DNA of 64,000 nucleotides from the NCBI RefSeq assembly GCF_020745735.1, contig NC_083404.1:21824001-21888000 (forward strand). Direction: 5' to 3'. Below are positions 1 through 12,634 of the stretch, in pieces. The notes beneath the pieces were generated by a model. That model was not told the DNA's origin, did no database searches, and saw only the letters and a program-made list of their open reading frames with translations. How positions within the stretch are numbered: the stretch's first letter is position 1; each line of letters starts with the position of its first letter. The translations under genes were made by a program, and so were the position numbers. This stretch comes from Hemiscyllium ocellatum (Eukaryota).

Positions 1-654
1 CACATACACTTCTGATCTAAGCTGTCTCAGGATCTCTGTTTTTTTGACAGTTGAAGGTTCAGTGTATGCACCCACATGCCTTTTTTTCGCTCAACTGCCT
101 GCCTTACTGACCTGTAAAAAATGTATGGTTTTGGCAGTGAAGGATCCAATGCTTATGACTTGCAAATGTAATATATCTAATTTAATGCATGTAATTCTTT
201 TCTGATTTCCATGCATGCTCTTCAAAGGCTTTCAAATCATTAGTGCTCACATTTAATTTCAATTAATTGGAAATTTTATTGGCCAAAAAAATGAAAGATA
301 AAAGTGTGGAGAAAAATCATAAATTTATACAAGAATAAATATGATGATTAATGGTTAAATCCATCATAAATAAAATTAAAAATCCCACACCATTTATAGC
401 ATCTTTCAACATTCCTTACCTTGGGCCTTCTAAAATGCTGTATTTATATCGCGTATTATACACATTACCAATCTCTTTCATCCCCAAATTACTATGTAAG
501 CAGACCTGATTTTTACACAAGAACCATTTGTATCAATGTTTTCTCTTAACCTTCCTGCTCACAATCATAAATTTTCCTGTCAGGTTGGCTGTGTAAAGGG
601 AAAGAGAAATCCAGGAGTAGGGATCGAGAAAGCAGCACTAAAGGAAAACAGTAT

Positions 655-950
655 ATGGCACGACAGTTAGCACTGCTGTCTCACAGTGCCAGGGACCCTG
701 TTTCAATTTCAGCCTTGGGTGCCTATCTGTGTGGAATTTGCAGATTCTCTCTGTGGGTTTCAACCAGGTGCTCTGGTTTCCTCCCACAATCCAAAGATGT
801 ACAACTTAGGTAGATTGGCCATGCTAAATTGTCCAGGAATGTGCACGCTATGTGGATTAGCTGTGGGAAATATATACTTATGGGGATTGAGTGGGATGCT
901 CATTGAAGGATTGGCTGCATTATCTCTTTCTGCACTGTTGGGTTACTAAC
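655..950 (+). mobile_element. HE1-like tRNA-derived V-SINE, degenerate
   Basis: tRNA-like head (gttagcactgctgtctcacagtgccagggacc...ttcaatt) followed by the V-domain core gtgggtttc...ggtgctctggtttcctcccacaatccaaagatgt...ggccatgctaaattg; homologous to the copies at 3958-4298 and 24160-24415. Confidence 0.85.
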
Positions 951-1514
951 ACAGAGTGAATAATTCCTATTTTGTCATTCGCATAATCAATGTTAAAGAT
1001 ACAGATTTCCCTATGTAATCATTAAGGTACTTTGGTAGAAGACAGTGCTTCAGATTTATGACCTACAATTACAGATCTTCAGTTAAGATTATTTGCATGT
1101 CTCAACACAAGGTTGAACATGTAGTAATCTTCCTAGTATTAATCAAAATTATAAATTATCTTGCTTTTTTAACACATGTTCAAAATGAAAATACTTTGAT
1201 TATGTAACTGGATTTTCTGTTGTGTGTTTCAACTGATTTTGCAATGTTTTAGCCATTATTTATGATTCTTTGATTATTCATCAATATATCATGAGGAGGA
1301 AACTTCTAAAATAACCAGCATTTAGTACAGTTGGTGGCAAAAAGGCACAATTTCTGACTCACGAGAGCCGAAGCAACCCTACTACTTTGCTCCAGTCGTC
1401 CAATTTGCAAATATAAATCTGAAGCAAATAGAATTTTTCAATGAGTACAGGTCAAAATTTGAGGAATTGATGGGAGAGCCTGTTGAAGTATAGGGTGAGA
1501 CTGTGAAAGTGTTA

Positions 1515-1795
1515 CACTGCAGAAATTCACCAAAGATCCTCAGGCAGCACTGTCCAAACCCACAATCAATTCCATCCGGAAAGCTAAGGAAAGCAGATAC
1601 ATGGGAATGCCACCATCTTCAAGTTTCCTTCCAAGCCATTCACCATCCTGACTTGGAAATATATCGTTGGGTCAAAATCCTGGAATTCCCTCCCTAATGA
1701 CATTGTGAGTCAACTCACAGCAGGTGGACTATTGTGATTCCAGAAGGCAACTCACCACCACCTTCTCACGGACAACAAAGGATGGGCAGTAAATT
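1515..1795 (+). mobile_element. 3' fragment of a second CR1-like LINE family (called family 2 here)
   Basis: Ends in aaaatcctggaattccctccctaa...aaggcaactcaccaccaccttctc...ggatgggcagtaaat; similar tails at 39290-39525 and at the 3' end of the SINE at 32872-33210. Confidence 0.7.
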
Positions 1796-3314
1796 TAAAC
1801 AAAAACTGTTGAGAGAAAATTGCTTTTATGGGTTTGTTAGTGAGTCAATTCTAGCTTGGATGTCAGGGAGCACTTGTGGTTTTTACTTGGCTGGATGAAT
1901 TTTTTTTATTTTGACAACTATATTTTTTGCTGCAGGCTGAACTGAGTGTAAGCCTACATTTAACTCTTAAATGTTTATTACTGCAGCTTATTGTTTAATG
2001 TGAAAATATGTAGAACTTTACACATGAATTGTCTATCTTAGATTGTCGTGCTCTTCAATGCCAGGGAAGAATGGAAAAAGGTTTAAACAAATTAGTGACA
2101 ATGTTTGTGCATATACAAATTACTTCAAAATGTAAGTGTTCTGGTAGAGTCTCTTCAGAGCATTGAATTTGCCTGTGAGAATGAAGAATGAAGACAGGTC
2201 ATGCAATTAATACAAACTAGTAAAAGAGGGAGGAAGAGAAAGGGAAAAAGGGCATTTATTAGAAGCCTATATCTACGAATAGTCTTTAGGGAGGGATTTT
2301 TTAAAATCTCAACTTCAGCAAGAATCAATATAAAAAACACCTTCGTGCCACAAAAGAGGTTGTGATTGAAATCTTAATACTGTTGCAGCCTGAACAGCAG
2401 CCTCAGTGTAGGAAAATGTACATTGCATACGACAATTGAGCTGATTGTGATTCTAACTATAAATATATCTCACTTATTCCAGGCTGCTGCAGCATATAGT
2501 ACCTCACAATTTTAGTGCACTGCTGTATAAGGAAGGTCACTGATGTCCTCTATATCCAGAGAAACACATTCAGGTCATTATTTCTCAACAGAAACAAACA
2601 GTGGAGTAAGCACAAGGCTTTGCAGACTCTCCCCACTACCTGGATTATTCTGGAGGGTCCCAAGTCATACTCAGTCAAGTGGAAGTCAGGATATTCATTA
2701 ACTGCTGGATGCTGAACAAGTTAACCATTATTTAACAATTACAGCAGAGGAGGAAGTCATTTGGCCTATGAAGCTCATTTTGCATTTCTGTGGAGCAATC
2801 CAGCCAGTTCCATTCTAGTGCACCATCCTCATAATCATGCTAATATCGAATAGGTTCTGTTGATGGATGTCAATGTTTAAGGATATCCTGGTTAACACCA
2901 AGCCTCTCACAACACTGAAATCCACTGCCATTAGAAAACACTTTGCTGTGAAAATAGAGATGAGAATAAAAGGTGAGAAAATAATTTTTGGAGAGGTTGA
3001 CTTTGATTGACAGCTTGAAAAATTGAGCAGCAAATGTAACTAGCCAGAATATGTAAATGACAAAGAGGAAAGAATAGCAGATTAAGAGAACCTAAACAAT
3101 GACAGGAAGATGAAGAGAAATAAAAGACTAGGATGAAGGTGAAAAGAGATTGAAATAGCTTTCTATCAGACAAGACAAATTCAAGATGATGGAAAAATGA
3201 ATGTAATCCTTGATGACAAATGTGACAAATTGGAAAAGGAGAAACATAAACGAGAGTTGAGACAATTAGAAAAGGCAGCAGCTGGAAAAATGAGCAAAAA
3301 CGTCCTACTCAGGC

Positions 3315-3760
3315 CCTTCCCTCACATCTTGTCTGATACACTAACATCTGAATGATAACTGCTCCCTGTTCTAGCTCAAGTTTATGACATTTGCTTCAAT
3401 TTTAATCCTTCCCTCACCTTCACACAGCCCATTTCTACTTGCTTCTTCTCTTTCTCAATTTGTTCTACAACTTTTGTTGGAGGTAGGCCATTAACTAATA
3501 TTTACTCTAATCCCACTAATTCCCAAAGTGACCTTGATTATACTTCTTACCCATCTACTTCCCATATGGTCTACATTAAATCCTCTTAAGTCTCCAGCTC
3601 CAGCTTCTTTACATTTGGTCCTGACAGTGTCGCCATTTATATCAGATCTTCCAATATAGCTTCCTTAAACTTCAGTTGAGAAGTCACCTCCACCCTGTTT
3701 GACACGACTCTCAATCATGTCCATCTCATTTCCTGCACTTCTGTTATCACACCTTCCGCT
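3315..3760 (+). mobile_element. Old Penelope-like element RT/thumb remnant
   Basis: Decayed reading resembles PLE RT motifs (F.P.L.FT..IS, T.IY..PT.S..LDY.S.P); the downstream part aligns loosely with the start of the young PLE at 11533. Confidence 0.6.
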
Positions 3761-3957
3761 TCAACCCAGAAAGAGGCAAGTGCTCCTTTTGTGCTCATTA
3801 TCATATATTGTGCTGACAATAGACTCAAACTTGCTCAAGTGGAAGCAGTCATTGTTGAACAATTGAAAGACAGCACATTTGATATTGCATTGCAACACCA
3901 ACTTGGCTAGTGTGCTCAAGTGGGAACCATACGCATTAGAATGTAACATGGTCTCCC

Positions 3958-4298
3958 AGAAACATAGAATGTCTACAGTGCAGAAAGAGGTTGTTCAACC
4001 TATTGAGTCTGCACCGACCTTCCGAAGAACATACTGCCCAGTCTCATCTTCTGGTATCACAGTCTGTTTTTATTTAAACCTTGGTCAATCCATATCCCTA
4101 GACACTACAGGGCAATTTAGCATTAAGCTAAACTACACAATTTTGACCTGTGGGGGGAAACCAGAGCATTTGGAGGAAACCCACACAGACATGGGGAGAA
4201 TGCACACACTCCACGCAGACATCTGTCCAAGGTTCATATTGAACCTGCGTCCCTGATGCTTTGAGGCAGCAGTACTAACTACTGTGCCACCATGCCAT
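3958..4298 (-). mobile_element. HE1-like V-SINE, near full length with LINE-type tail
   Basis: Reverse complement of the head (ggcatggtggcacagtagttagtactgctgcctca), the V core (ggaaaccagagca...ggaaacccacacagacatggggagaatg) and a ctatgttt tail at about 3960. Confidence 0.85.
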
Positions 4299-5859
4299 GC
4301 TCTGGGTCACTATGTAACAGTTACATAACTAAGCCAATGTCAAAGCTACCTGAACCTTAACAGGTTGTCCTGTATATTTGTTTTTTAATGTAATCACAAA
4401 CAAAACATATTTAACACCAAAATTACCAGATCCATCTAGGTAACAAAACATTGTTTTTTCTTCACGTTAGTATACTCTTGACAAAAGAAAGAAAAAAAAG
4501 AGAATAAAATTTTTCTTCTTACTACCTACGTCTTTTAAATTAGCCTATTGGGTCTCTTTCACTTTCTGCCTGGGAATCTTCTTCCAATTATATTCGGATG
4601 ATCTGCTGACTTATAATATTTGGTTTCATACCAATGAGACATCAAAATCAATACGTATCTCAAAAGCTATCATATCTTCCCTGCTGTGAACCAAATGTGA
4701 TCTCGGAGCTTGGTGAGCAGCCATCCTACTCATCCTACTCTATGGGTATTTGTGGAAATTGGTAACGTGATAAATGAATATCAATGCCTTTCTTTCAACT
4801 TGTAAGTGATTTTGTTCTGACTTCATTAAAGCACACAAAACATACAGGCATCTATACATTATCTTCATTATGTAAACAATCTCCTGTGGAGAGGCATCAA
4901 GCTGAAACCATTCATTTTTTCAGTACATAGTGGGTCAAAACAATATCACTAGCAAGTAATTTCTTCACTTCTTTAAATGTTTTCTGTTACACCACAAAGC
5001 TGTTTTGGATTTCAGCCAATTGATAGATTGGTGCAAGTATATTAGCTAACTCAGTGATGAACTTAGAAAATACACAACTATTTGTGTGAATGTACAATAT
5101 TTTTATTGTTTCTTTGCTTTCAAATTCTCCTCAATTTTTTCTTGTGTTCTATGGTTACCTTCATCATCTATTTTATGACCATTTATGTTACAATTGACAG
5201 CTAATACAACACTTGTGTATTTAAGATTGATGCCATACTGTACAAGTCAATCTAGGACTCCCTTCAAGCTTACAGAGACCATGATCTTGTAAGCAACAGT
5301 GATAAAAAAAAGTGTTAATACAGTGCAAAATATATGTTAAGTAAAAAATATAATAGTGAACAAACGCTGAGCTGCAACTTCACTTGCTCTGTGATCTTGC
5401 CTCTTGGTTAAAGCATTGGTGCAGGTTGACACTGGTTTCTCCTCCCTCTGTTATTAGCTATTTAAGAGCCTGAACAGATCCAAGAGTAGGTGAAGTGTCG
5501 AACTCTTTTATCAGTCCCCATGAAATTCCATACAAGTTGGGTGCAGATATAGAATTGGAAGAAGGAAATAGTCTGGATTTTATAAGCCCATTATACATGC
5601 AGATGGTAGGGTTGAGTGGGCATGTGGATGGTAAGATCCAGTCCATTGAGTCTGCTGTTGCCATTTATAGCTCCAATAGATGCTGCCTTATTCTTTCTTT
5701 CACTTATCGCATAATTATTTTCTTTCTCATTGCACCGTCCTCTGAGTTAAGTAACCTTTCTCTCCAATATTATCGCAAACTTTCCCTTTTGTTATTTTTC
5801 TCTGACTTTCAATGTCTCTGTTGGTGCTGGCTCAGTTATTTGTGTAAAATCTTGTGATT

Positions 5860-5975
5860 AAAAAGTCAAGACCTGAAATTGGTTTCATTCTTAAAAGATG
5901 CAGCTTGATCAGTGGATTATTTTCAGCCTTTTATGTTTAATTTTTAGACTTCCAATTTCTACAATATTTTGTTAT
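5860..5975 (+). mobile_element. Highly decayed Penelope pLTR (family C-like)
   Basis: gtcaagacctgaaa...agatgcagcttgatc...atttcagcc...ttagacttcca resembles the pLTR at 32680-32815. Confidence 0.4.
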
Positions 5976-6715
5976 TTGAGGAAAAGGCATTATTTACCTT
6001 AAAAAGACAACGTCTCATACAAATCATTTGACTACTGATTTGTATCTGGGATTACAAAGAAAATGATACAATTGGGCTGAGAATGGATTCACATTGCATT
6101 CAGACTCTAGAGGCTCTATTATTGTTCTAAGAGCTGTGTTGCTTAAAGAGTTGGATATGCTGATGGGAAAAGGACCAGAATGTAACAATATGACCAACTT
6201 CTATAGGCAGTGCAGCAGAAGCATGTATGAGAGTTAGTTACCTGTTAATATATGGTTATAGTCTGAGCTTTTAAATAAATCTCTGAGCTTTGCAAATAAC
6301 TAGATTCATAGTACTTAATCTGAGTTAGTTCCCAAGAACACAATGAAATGTGATTTGGTGATCAGTGCTGGAGATCTTTTGTTCGAGCAGTGATATGAGT
6401 TATATAAAGTAATATAAAGCTGCATGAGAAAGCCTCAAACCGAAAACTTGAAACAGTACACAAGTTATATTTGCATCAAACATATCAAAGAAAAGCATTA
6501 CACAGTGGATGAGCTTGTTCAGGTAGAAAATCAGCTCAAAACTGGACTATAAGAGTGTGCAGCAAACACAATGTTGGACATGCAAATGAGAAGAGCACAG
6601 GAATCTTCTCTGAACTGCATTTCCTTAAAAAGGAGACTAATACTGTACATAGTAATTCAGGTAAGATCTCAGTAAATCCTTGCATAAATGAAGCATCATC
6701 TCACTTCTTTTGTAG

Positions 6716-6867
6716 GCAAAATGAGGACTGCAGATGCTGGAAACCAGAGTTTAGATCAGGGTGGTGCTGGAAAAGAACAGCATGTCAGGCAGCATCCGAG
6801 GAGCAGGAAAATTGACGATTTGGGCAAAAGCCGATTTTCCTGCTCCTCAGATGCTGCCTAACCAGCA
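6716..6867 (-). mobile_element. Mini Penelope pLTR insertion (family A) with inverted segment
   Basis: Minus-strand pLTR 6716-6832 followed by a plus-strand piece; perfect 16-bp TSD ctcacttcttttgtag at 6700-6715 and 6868-6883. Confidence 0.9.
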
Positions 6868-7204
6868 CTCACTTCTTTTGTAGTCAATTCCTATCACAAT
6901 AAATAGTTACATTCTATTGCTTTCATAGGTTCTTATCAGAGCTTAGATTCTTCTACATCTTGGGATTCTGCAATCACCTTTGCAATAGAGTGCTTCTTTT
7001 ATATTCTTCTTACCAAAATGGACAATTTCACATTTCTCTACACTATACTTCATTTGCTAGATCTTTGCCTAAATTGTTTAATCTGCTTAAACTGTCGACA
7101 AACATATGAATTTGGAGCCTTCTTCTCTATTCAGTAAGATCATTTCTAATCTGATTGTGTCTAACTTCCACATTCCCTCTGCTCCTTGATTCCCTTATCT
7201 AAAA

Positions 7205-7330
7205 AGGAGAAAGTGAGGACTGCAGATGCTGGAGATCAGTATATTTAAAAAAATGGCACTGGAAAAGCACAGCGGTCAGGCAGCATCACAGGAGCAGGAG
7301 AGGTAATGTTTCAGGCATAAGTCCTTCATC
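7205..7330 (-). mobile_element. Mini Penelope pLTR (family A)
   Basis: ggagaaagtgaggactgcagatgctggagatcag...gtttcaggcataagtccttcatc; truncates inside the hammerhead core. Confidence 0.85.
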
Positions 7331-9190
7331 TAACAAAAGTCTATCGAGCTCCACCATTAAAATAATTAATGACCCTGCCTTCACCACCATCTGAGGAAAA
7401 GATTTTCAATATTTCATGACCCTCTGAAAGGAAAAGAAAATCCACAGAACTATATTTGAAAAAGGTGACTCCTAATTTTAAAACAGTATTCCTTATTTCT
7501 GAATCATGCAGACGAGGAAACATTCCTTCCAGATCCATTTTGTTAATACTATTCAAATTATTCCTTTTTCCTCCCAACTCCAGCAAAAATGAGTCTGGTT
7601 TGTCCATTTTTTGTTTGTATCATAATTCACTCATTCCAGATATTATTTCAGCAAACTACCTCTGAAACACCCCCAAACTTAAATAAGAAGACAGAAGTTG
7701 CGTGTACTATTGAAATGTGGTCGTTACAATGGCTTGCATCACAGAAGTATATCATCTTTAATATATAAATCCACTAATAACCAAGGATAGTGTTTTGTTA
7801 TCCTTCTCAGTCACATGTTGCACCTGCATACTAATATTTGTTGGCATTTACACACTAGAACAACTGGCTAGATCCCTGGCTACCAGAATTTTGAAGTCAT
7901 TTTCCACTTAAATAATATTCTATTCCACGTTTTTATTCTTCCTGAGAATAACTTCACATTTTCCCACATTATATTCCATGTGTCAGATTAATGCCCATTG
8001 ACTTAACTTATGTATATTGATCTGCATCCTTACTATGCCATTTTCACAACATTCTTTCCTACTCATAGTTGTGTTATATCTTGCAGTAGATGCACTATGA
8101 CATCATCAGCATAGTCTGGCATGCGGTCTAATTGATTAAAGTTTTCAGTCTCCATTTTACTGAGCTCTGTTCTTTTGCAGCATGGCATGCTGAAGGAAAC
8201 ATATCATAACACATTTGAATTACTGAGTTTGAGCCCAGACATGCCTGTGCCTGTGATTGTCATGGATACATATAGATAGAAGATGATATCATAATTCATT
8301 GAATATTTAAGTACTACATGACCCACACCTTGTCATTATGATACAGAGGTTAACATGAGTAAACACAATGTGACAGTGGTGGATAATTAGTTTACCTTAT
8401 CACATAACATTATGACAGCGTATCATGAAACCTTATCTTTGTACCATCTATAAATTTTGAGATCATGTTTTTAGTTCTTTTATCTATGACTTTTCTATCA
8501 ATTGTAAAACTGATTGAGTGCCTAAAGCAGACCCCTGAGGATTTCACTCATCACATCCTGCCAAAGTGAAAAAGACCAAAGCATATTTTGTTTTCCATCT
8601 GCCAGCCAATCTTCTGTCTGTTAACCCATTACATTATGATCTCCTATTTTCCCAATAATCTTTTGTGTGGAATGTTGTCATAAGTGTTTGGAAATTTAAA
8701 TGCAATACATAAACAGGCTCTGATTCATACACAACATATGTAATTCCTGCAAAGAGTTGAATAAAAATAGTTGAGCATGATTTCCCTTTCAAAGAAATTT
8801 TTTTTTACTAACTTATGTTTTGTTTTCCTCAGATAACCAGCTATTATCTTCTTAATAATTGTATCTAAAATTTTCCCATCACAGACATGCAAATAAATCT
8901 ATGGTTTCTTTTTTTCTTCTTCTCGCTATTCTTGAATTATATGTTACTTTCCAGTCTGATGGAACCTTTGTAAAATACAATGCAGTTTGAAAAATTAACA
9001 CCAGCATGTTACGATCTCATTAGCTATCCCTTTAAGACCTCAGAATGAAGTCCATTGAGACTGTACGCATTCATACTCTCCTTATATTCTCTTTCCAACT
9101 TGCTTTTCTACCCACACCTTCTAACCCTTGATCCAAGTCATTTACATTCATTGTAAGAAGCTAAGACTCAGTACTTATTCCTATGGTATG

Positions 9191-9356
9191 TCAACATTTT
9201 GGGCATAAGCCCTTTGTCAAGAATTACATTCCTGATGAAGGGCTTCCGCCCAAAACATCAACTCTCCTGCTCCTCAGATGCTACCTGACCTGCTGTGTTT
9301 TCCACCATCACACTTTTCAACTCTGACTCTCCAGCATCTGCAGTCCTCACTTTGTG
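9191..9356 (+). mobile_element. Mini Penelope pLTR (family A) with short inverted 5' arm
   Basis: Inverted hammerhead arm 9191-9224, then attcctgatgaagggc...cagtcctcacttt; 14-bp TSD attcctatggtatg at 9177-9190 and 9357-9370. Confidence 0.9.
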
Positions 9357-9374
9357 ATTCCTATGGTATGCCAT

Positions 9375-9460
9375 CATTCCTGATGAAGGGCTTTTGCCTG
9401 AAACATCGATTTTGCTGCTCCTTGGATGCTGTGCTCTTCCAGCACCACTAATCCAGAATT
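9375..9460 (+). mobile_element. Second, tandem mini pLTR (family A), partial
   Basis: cattcctgatgaagggcttttgcctgaaacatcgat...ccagcaccactaatccagaat immediately after the TSD of the previous copy. Confidence 0.8.
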
Positions 9461-11532
9461 CAGTACATCTTACCAGCCCAAACAATATCTATTTATTCCC
9501 ACACTCTATTTTCTGTTTGCTAGTCAGTCATCCACCCATGCTAATATGTTACTCTCCAAATCATTTACTTTATTTTCCACAATAACCTTTGATGTGGAAC
9601 CTTATCAAATGTCTTCTAGAAATCAAAGTACAGTACATTCATGAACTCCCCTTTATCTACAGTACATGTTACTTCTGCAAAGAACATGGGTAGATTAGTT
9701 AAATATGATTTCCATTTCACAAAATCATCTAGACTCTGCCTGATTACATTTAGTTTTTTTTTAAAAAGGCCCACCAGACCCCATTAATAATAGCTTCTGA
9801 TATTTTTGTTGTTATAAATATTAAGCGTAATGACCCTAAGTTTCCTGCTTTCTGACTCCTCCCTTTTGAACATAGGGGTCATATTTGCAATTTCCTAAAC
9901 TACTGAAACATTTCCCAAGTCTATTAAATTTGGAAAATTGAAACCAACACTTCAACTATCTTAGTAGCCACTTCTTTTAAGACTCTAGGATGAAGTCTGT
10001 CAGTTCCTAGGGCCTTGTCAGCCTGAAACAATTCTCTTGGTAACATTTCCTTAGCGAATGTAATTTTCTTGAGTTCCTCCCTTCCTTCTATTTTCTGATT
10101 TATAGTTAGTTCTGAGATGCTACCTGTGTCCTTTATAATGATCATCAATGCAAAATACCCATTCAACTCATTTGCCATTAGTTTCCATTATTAATTTTCT
10201 AAACTCTCTTTCAATAGGGTCAATGCTCACATATTTAAAACCAAAAGGAGTTAACAATGTATAGAAATCCTTACTATCTCCTTTTAAAAATTTCAAGCCA
10301 GTTTAAACTCATACTCAGCTGTTTCCCTTTATATTAATCGTTTATTCGTTTGTTTTATAATTCGACATATATTCTGCCCAATCTCTGATCTGTTAATTAT
10401 CTTTGAATTTTTCTTTCCCTTTAGCATTGATACATTTAATAATTTTGCTAAACTTGACCTACTCGTGGGAAATAAGGCAGGGCAGGTGAGTCAGGTGTCA
10501 GTAGGGGAGCACTTTGGGGCCAGCAACAATAATTCTAGTCGTTTGAAAATAGTGTTGGAAAAAGATAGACCAGGTATAAAAGCTGAAGTGCTAAATTGGA
10601 GAAAGGCCAATTTTGACAGTATTAGGCAAGAAATTTTGAAAGCTGATTAGAGGCAGATGTTCGCAGGTAAAGGGCTGGCTAGAAAATGGGAAGCCTCCAG
10701 AAATGAGTTAACAAGAATCCAGAGAAAGTATATTCCTGTCAGGGTGAAAGGGAAGACTGTTAGGTATAGGGAATGCTGGATGAGTAAAGAAATTGATGGT
10801 TTGGTTAAGAAAAAGAAGGAAGCATATGTCAGGTATAGGCAGGATAGATCGAGTGAATCCTTAGACAATAAACGAAGTAGGAGTATACTTAAGAGGGAAA
10901 TCAGGAGAACAAAAAGGGGACATGAGATAGCTTTGGCAAATAGAATTAAAGAGAATCCAAAGGGTTTTTTTTCAAATATATTAAGGAGAAAAGGGTAACT
11001 AGGGAGAGAATAGAGCCCCTCAAAGATTAGGAAGGCGGCCTTTGTGTAGAGCTGCAGAAAATGGGAAGAGATACTAAATGAATATTTTGCATCAGTATTT
11101 ACTGTGGAAAAGGATATGGAAGATATAGACTGTAGGGAAATAGATAGTGACATCTTGCAAAATGTCCAGATTACAGAGGAGGAAGTGCTGGATGTCGTGA
11201 AACAGTTAAAGGTGGATAAATCCCAGGACCTGATCAGATGTACTCGAGAACTCTGTGGGAAGCTAGAAAAGTGATTGCTGGGCCTCTTGTTGAAATATTT
11301 ATATCATCGATAGTCACAGGTTAGGTGCTGGAAGACTGGAGGTTGGCAAACGTGGTGCCACTGTTTAAGAAGGGCGGTAAAGACAAGCCAGGGAACTATA
11401 GACCAGTGAGCCTGACCTCAGTAATGGGCAAGTTGTTGGAGGGATTCCTGAGGGATAGGATTTACATGTATTTGCTTTCCCAAACAAGTTTGGTGTATCT
11501 GGACTACACCTCCTCCCACCCTGCCCCCTGTA

Positions 11533-12465
11533 CTGGACTACACCTCCTCCCACCCTGCCCCCTGTAAAAACGCCATCCCATATTCCCAATTCCTTCGTCT
11601 CCGCCGCATCTGCTCCCAGGAGGACCAATTCCAACACCGCACAACCCAGATGGCCTCCTTCTTCAAGGACCGCAGATTCCCCCCAGACGTGATCGACGAT
11701 GCCCTCCACCGCATCTCCTCCACTTCCCGCTCCTCCGCCCTTGAGCCCCGCTCCTCCAACCGCCACCAAGACAGAACCCCACTGGTTCTCACCTACCACC
11801 CCACCAACCTGCGCATACAACGTATTATCCGCCGCCATTTCCGCCACCTCCAAACGGACCCCACCACCAAGGATATATTTCCCTCCCCTCCCCTATCAGC
11901 GTTCCGCAAGGACCACTCCCTTCGTGACTCCCTTGTCAGATCCACACCCCCCACCAACCCAACCTCCACCCCCGGCACCTTCCCCTGCAACCGCAGGAAA
12001 TGTAAAACTTGCGCCCACACCTCCACACTCACTTCCCTCCAAGGCCCCAAGGGATCCTTCCATATCCGCCACAAGTTCACCTGTACCTCCACACACATCA
12101 TCTATTGCATCCGCTGCACCCGATGTGGCCTCCTCTATATTGGTGAGACAGGCCGCTTACTTGCGGAACGCTTCAGAGAACACCTCTGGGCCGCCCGAAC
12201 CAACCAACCCAATCACCCCGTGGCTCAACACTTTAACTCCCCCTCCCACTCCACCGAGGACATGCAGGTCCTTGGACTCCTCCACCGGCAGAACACAACT
12301 ACACGACGGCTGGAGGAGGAGCGCCTCATCTTCCGCCTGGGAACCCTCCAACCACAAGGTATGAATTCAGATTTCTCCAGCTTCCTCATTTCCCCTCCCC
12401 CCACCTTGTCTCAGTCGGTTCCCTCAACTCAGCACCGCCCTCCTAACTTGCAATCCTCTTCCTGA
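11533..12465 (+). CDS. Penelope ORF C-terminal part: RT thumb, Cys-rich linker, GIY-YIG endonuclease (5'-truncated, uninterrupted)
   Basis: The frame of ORF 11650..12465 extends upstream (LDYTSSHPAPCKNAIPYSQFLRLRRICS); CNRRKCKTC...FTC linker; IIYCIRCTRCGLLYIGETGR..ERFREH; VAQHF; PQGMN. Confidence 0.9.
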   Translation: MDYTSSHPAPCKNAIPYSQFLRLRRICSQEDQFQHRTTQMASFFKDRRFPPDVIDDALHRISSTSRSSALEPRSSNRHQDRTPLVLTYHPTNLRIQRIIRRHFRHLQTDPTTKDIFPSPPLSAFRKDHSLRDSLVRSTPPTNPTSTPGTFPCNRRKCKTCAHTSTLTSLQGPKGSFHIRHKFTCTSTHIIYCIRCTRCGLLYIGETGRLLAERFREHLWAARTNQPNHPVAQHFNSPSHSTEDMQVLGLLHRQNTTTRRLEEERLIFRLGTLQPQGMNSDFSSFLISPPPTLSQSVPSTQHRPPNLQSSS

Positions 12466-12598
12466 CCTCTCCGCCCCCACCCCACTCCGGCCTATCACCC
12501 TCACCTTGACCTCCTTCCACCTATCCCACCTCCATCGCCCCTCCCCCTAGTCCCTCCTCCCTACCTTTTATCTCAGCCGGCTTGGCTCTCTCTCTCTT

Positions 12599-12634
12599 AT
12601 TCCTGATGAAGGGCTTATGCTCGAAACGTCGAAT
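12599..12634 (+). ncRNA. Minimal type I hammerhead ribozyme, intact core
   Basis: ATTC-CTGATGA-A-GGGC ttat GCTC-GAAA-CG-TC-GAAT: helix I ATTC/GAAT, 4-bp helix II, palindromic ACGT mini helix III, predicted cleavage after GUC at 12630. Confidence 0.85.

Larger units (their letters stand above)
6960..10300 (-). mobile_element. Degenerate CR1 LINE ORF2 with nested insertions
   Basis: Minus-strand ORF pieces (9924-10178: ELNGYF...DKALGTDRLHPRVLKEVA; 7341-7607: MDLEGMFPRL); interrupted by pLTRs at 7205, 9191 and 9375. Confidence 0.75.

Noticed and set aside
655-730. tRNA-like sequences (also about 4230-4298 and 22897)
   Set aside because: SINE heads continuing into SINE bodies; no intact cloverleaf.
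6017-6045. 10-bp inverted repeat atacaaatca/tgatttgtat
   Set aside because: Too short to exceed chance in AT-rich DNA.
8072-8409. Possible small solo LTR (tgttat...ataaca); a similar case at about 23054-23228
   Set aside because: Two alternative right ends and no convincing TSD.
11325-11567. ORF fusing CR1 RT and Penelope sequence
   Set aside because: Chance read-through across the insertion junction; it stops after 80 aa.
11365-12364. Overlapping long ORFs (221 aa plus strand; 162, 102 and 84 aa minus strand)
   Set aside because: Shadow frames of the C-rich Penelope ORF with low-complexity Pro/Gly composition.
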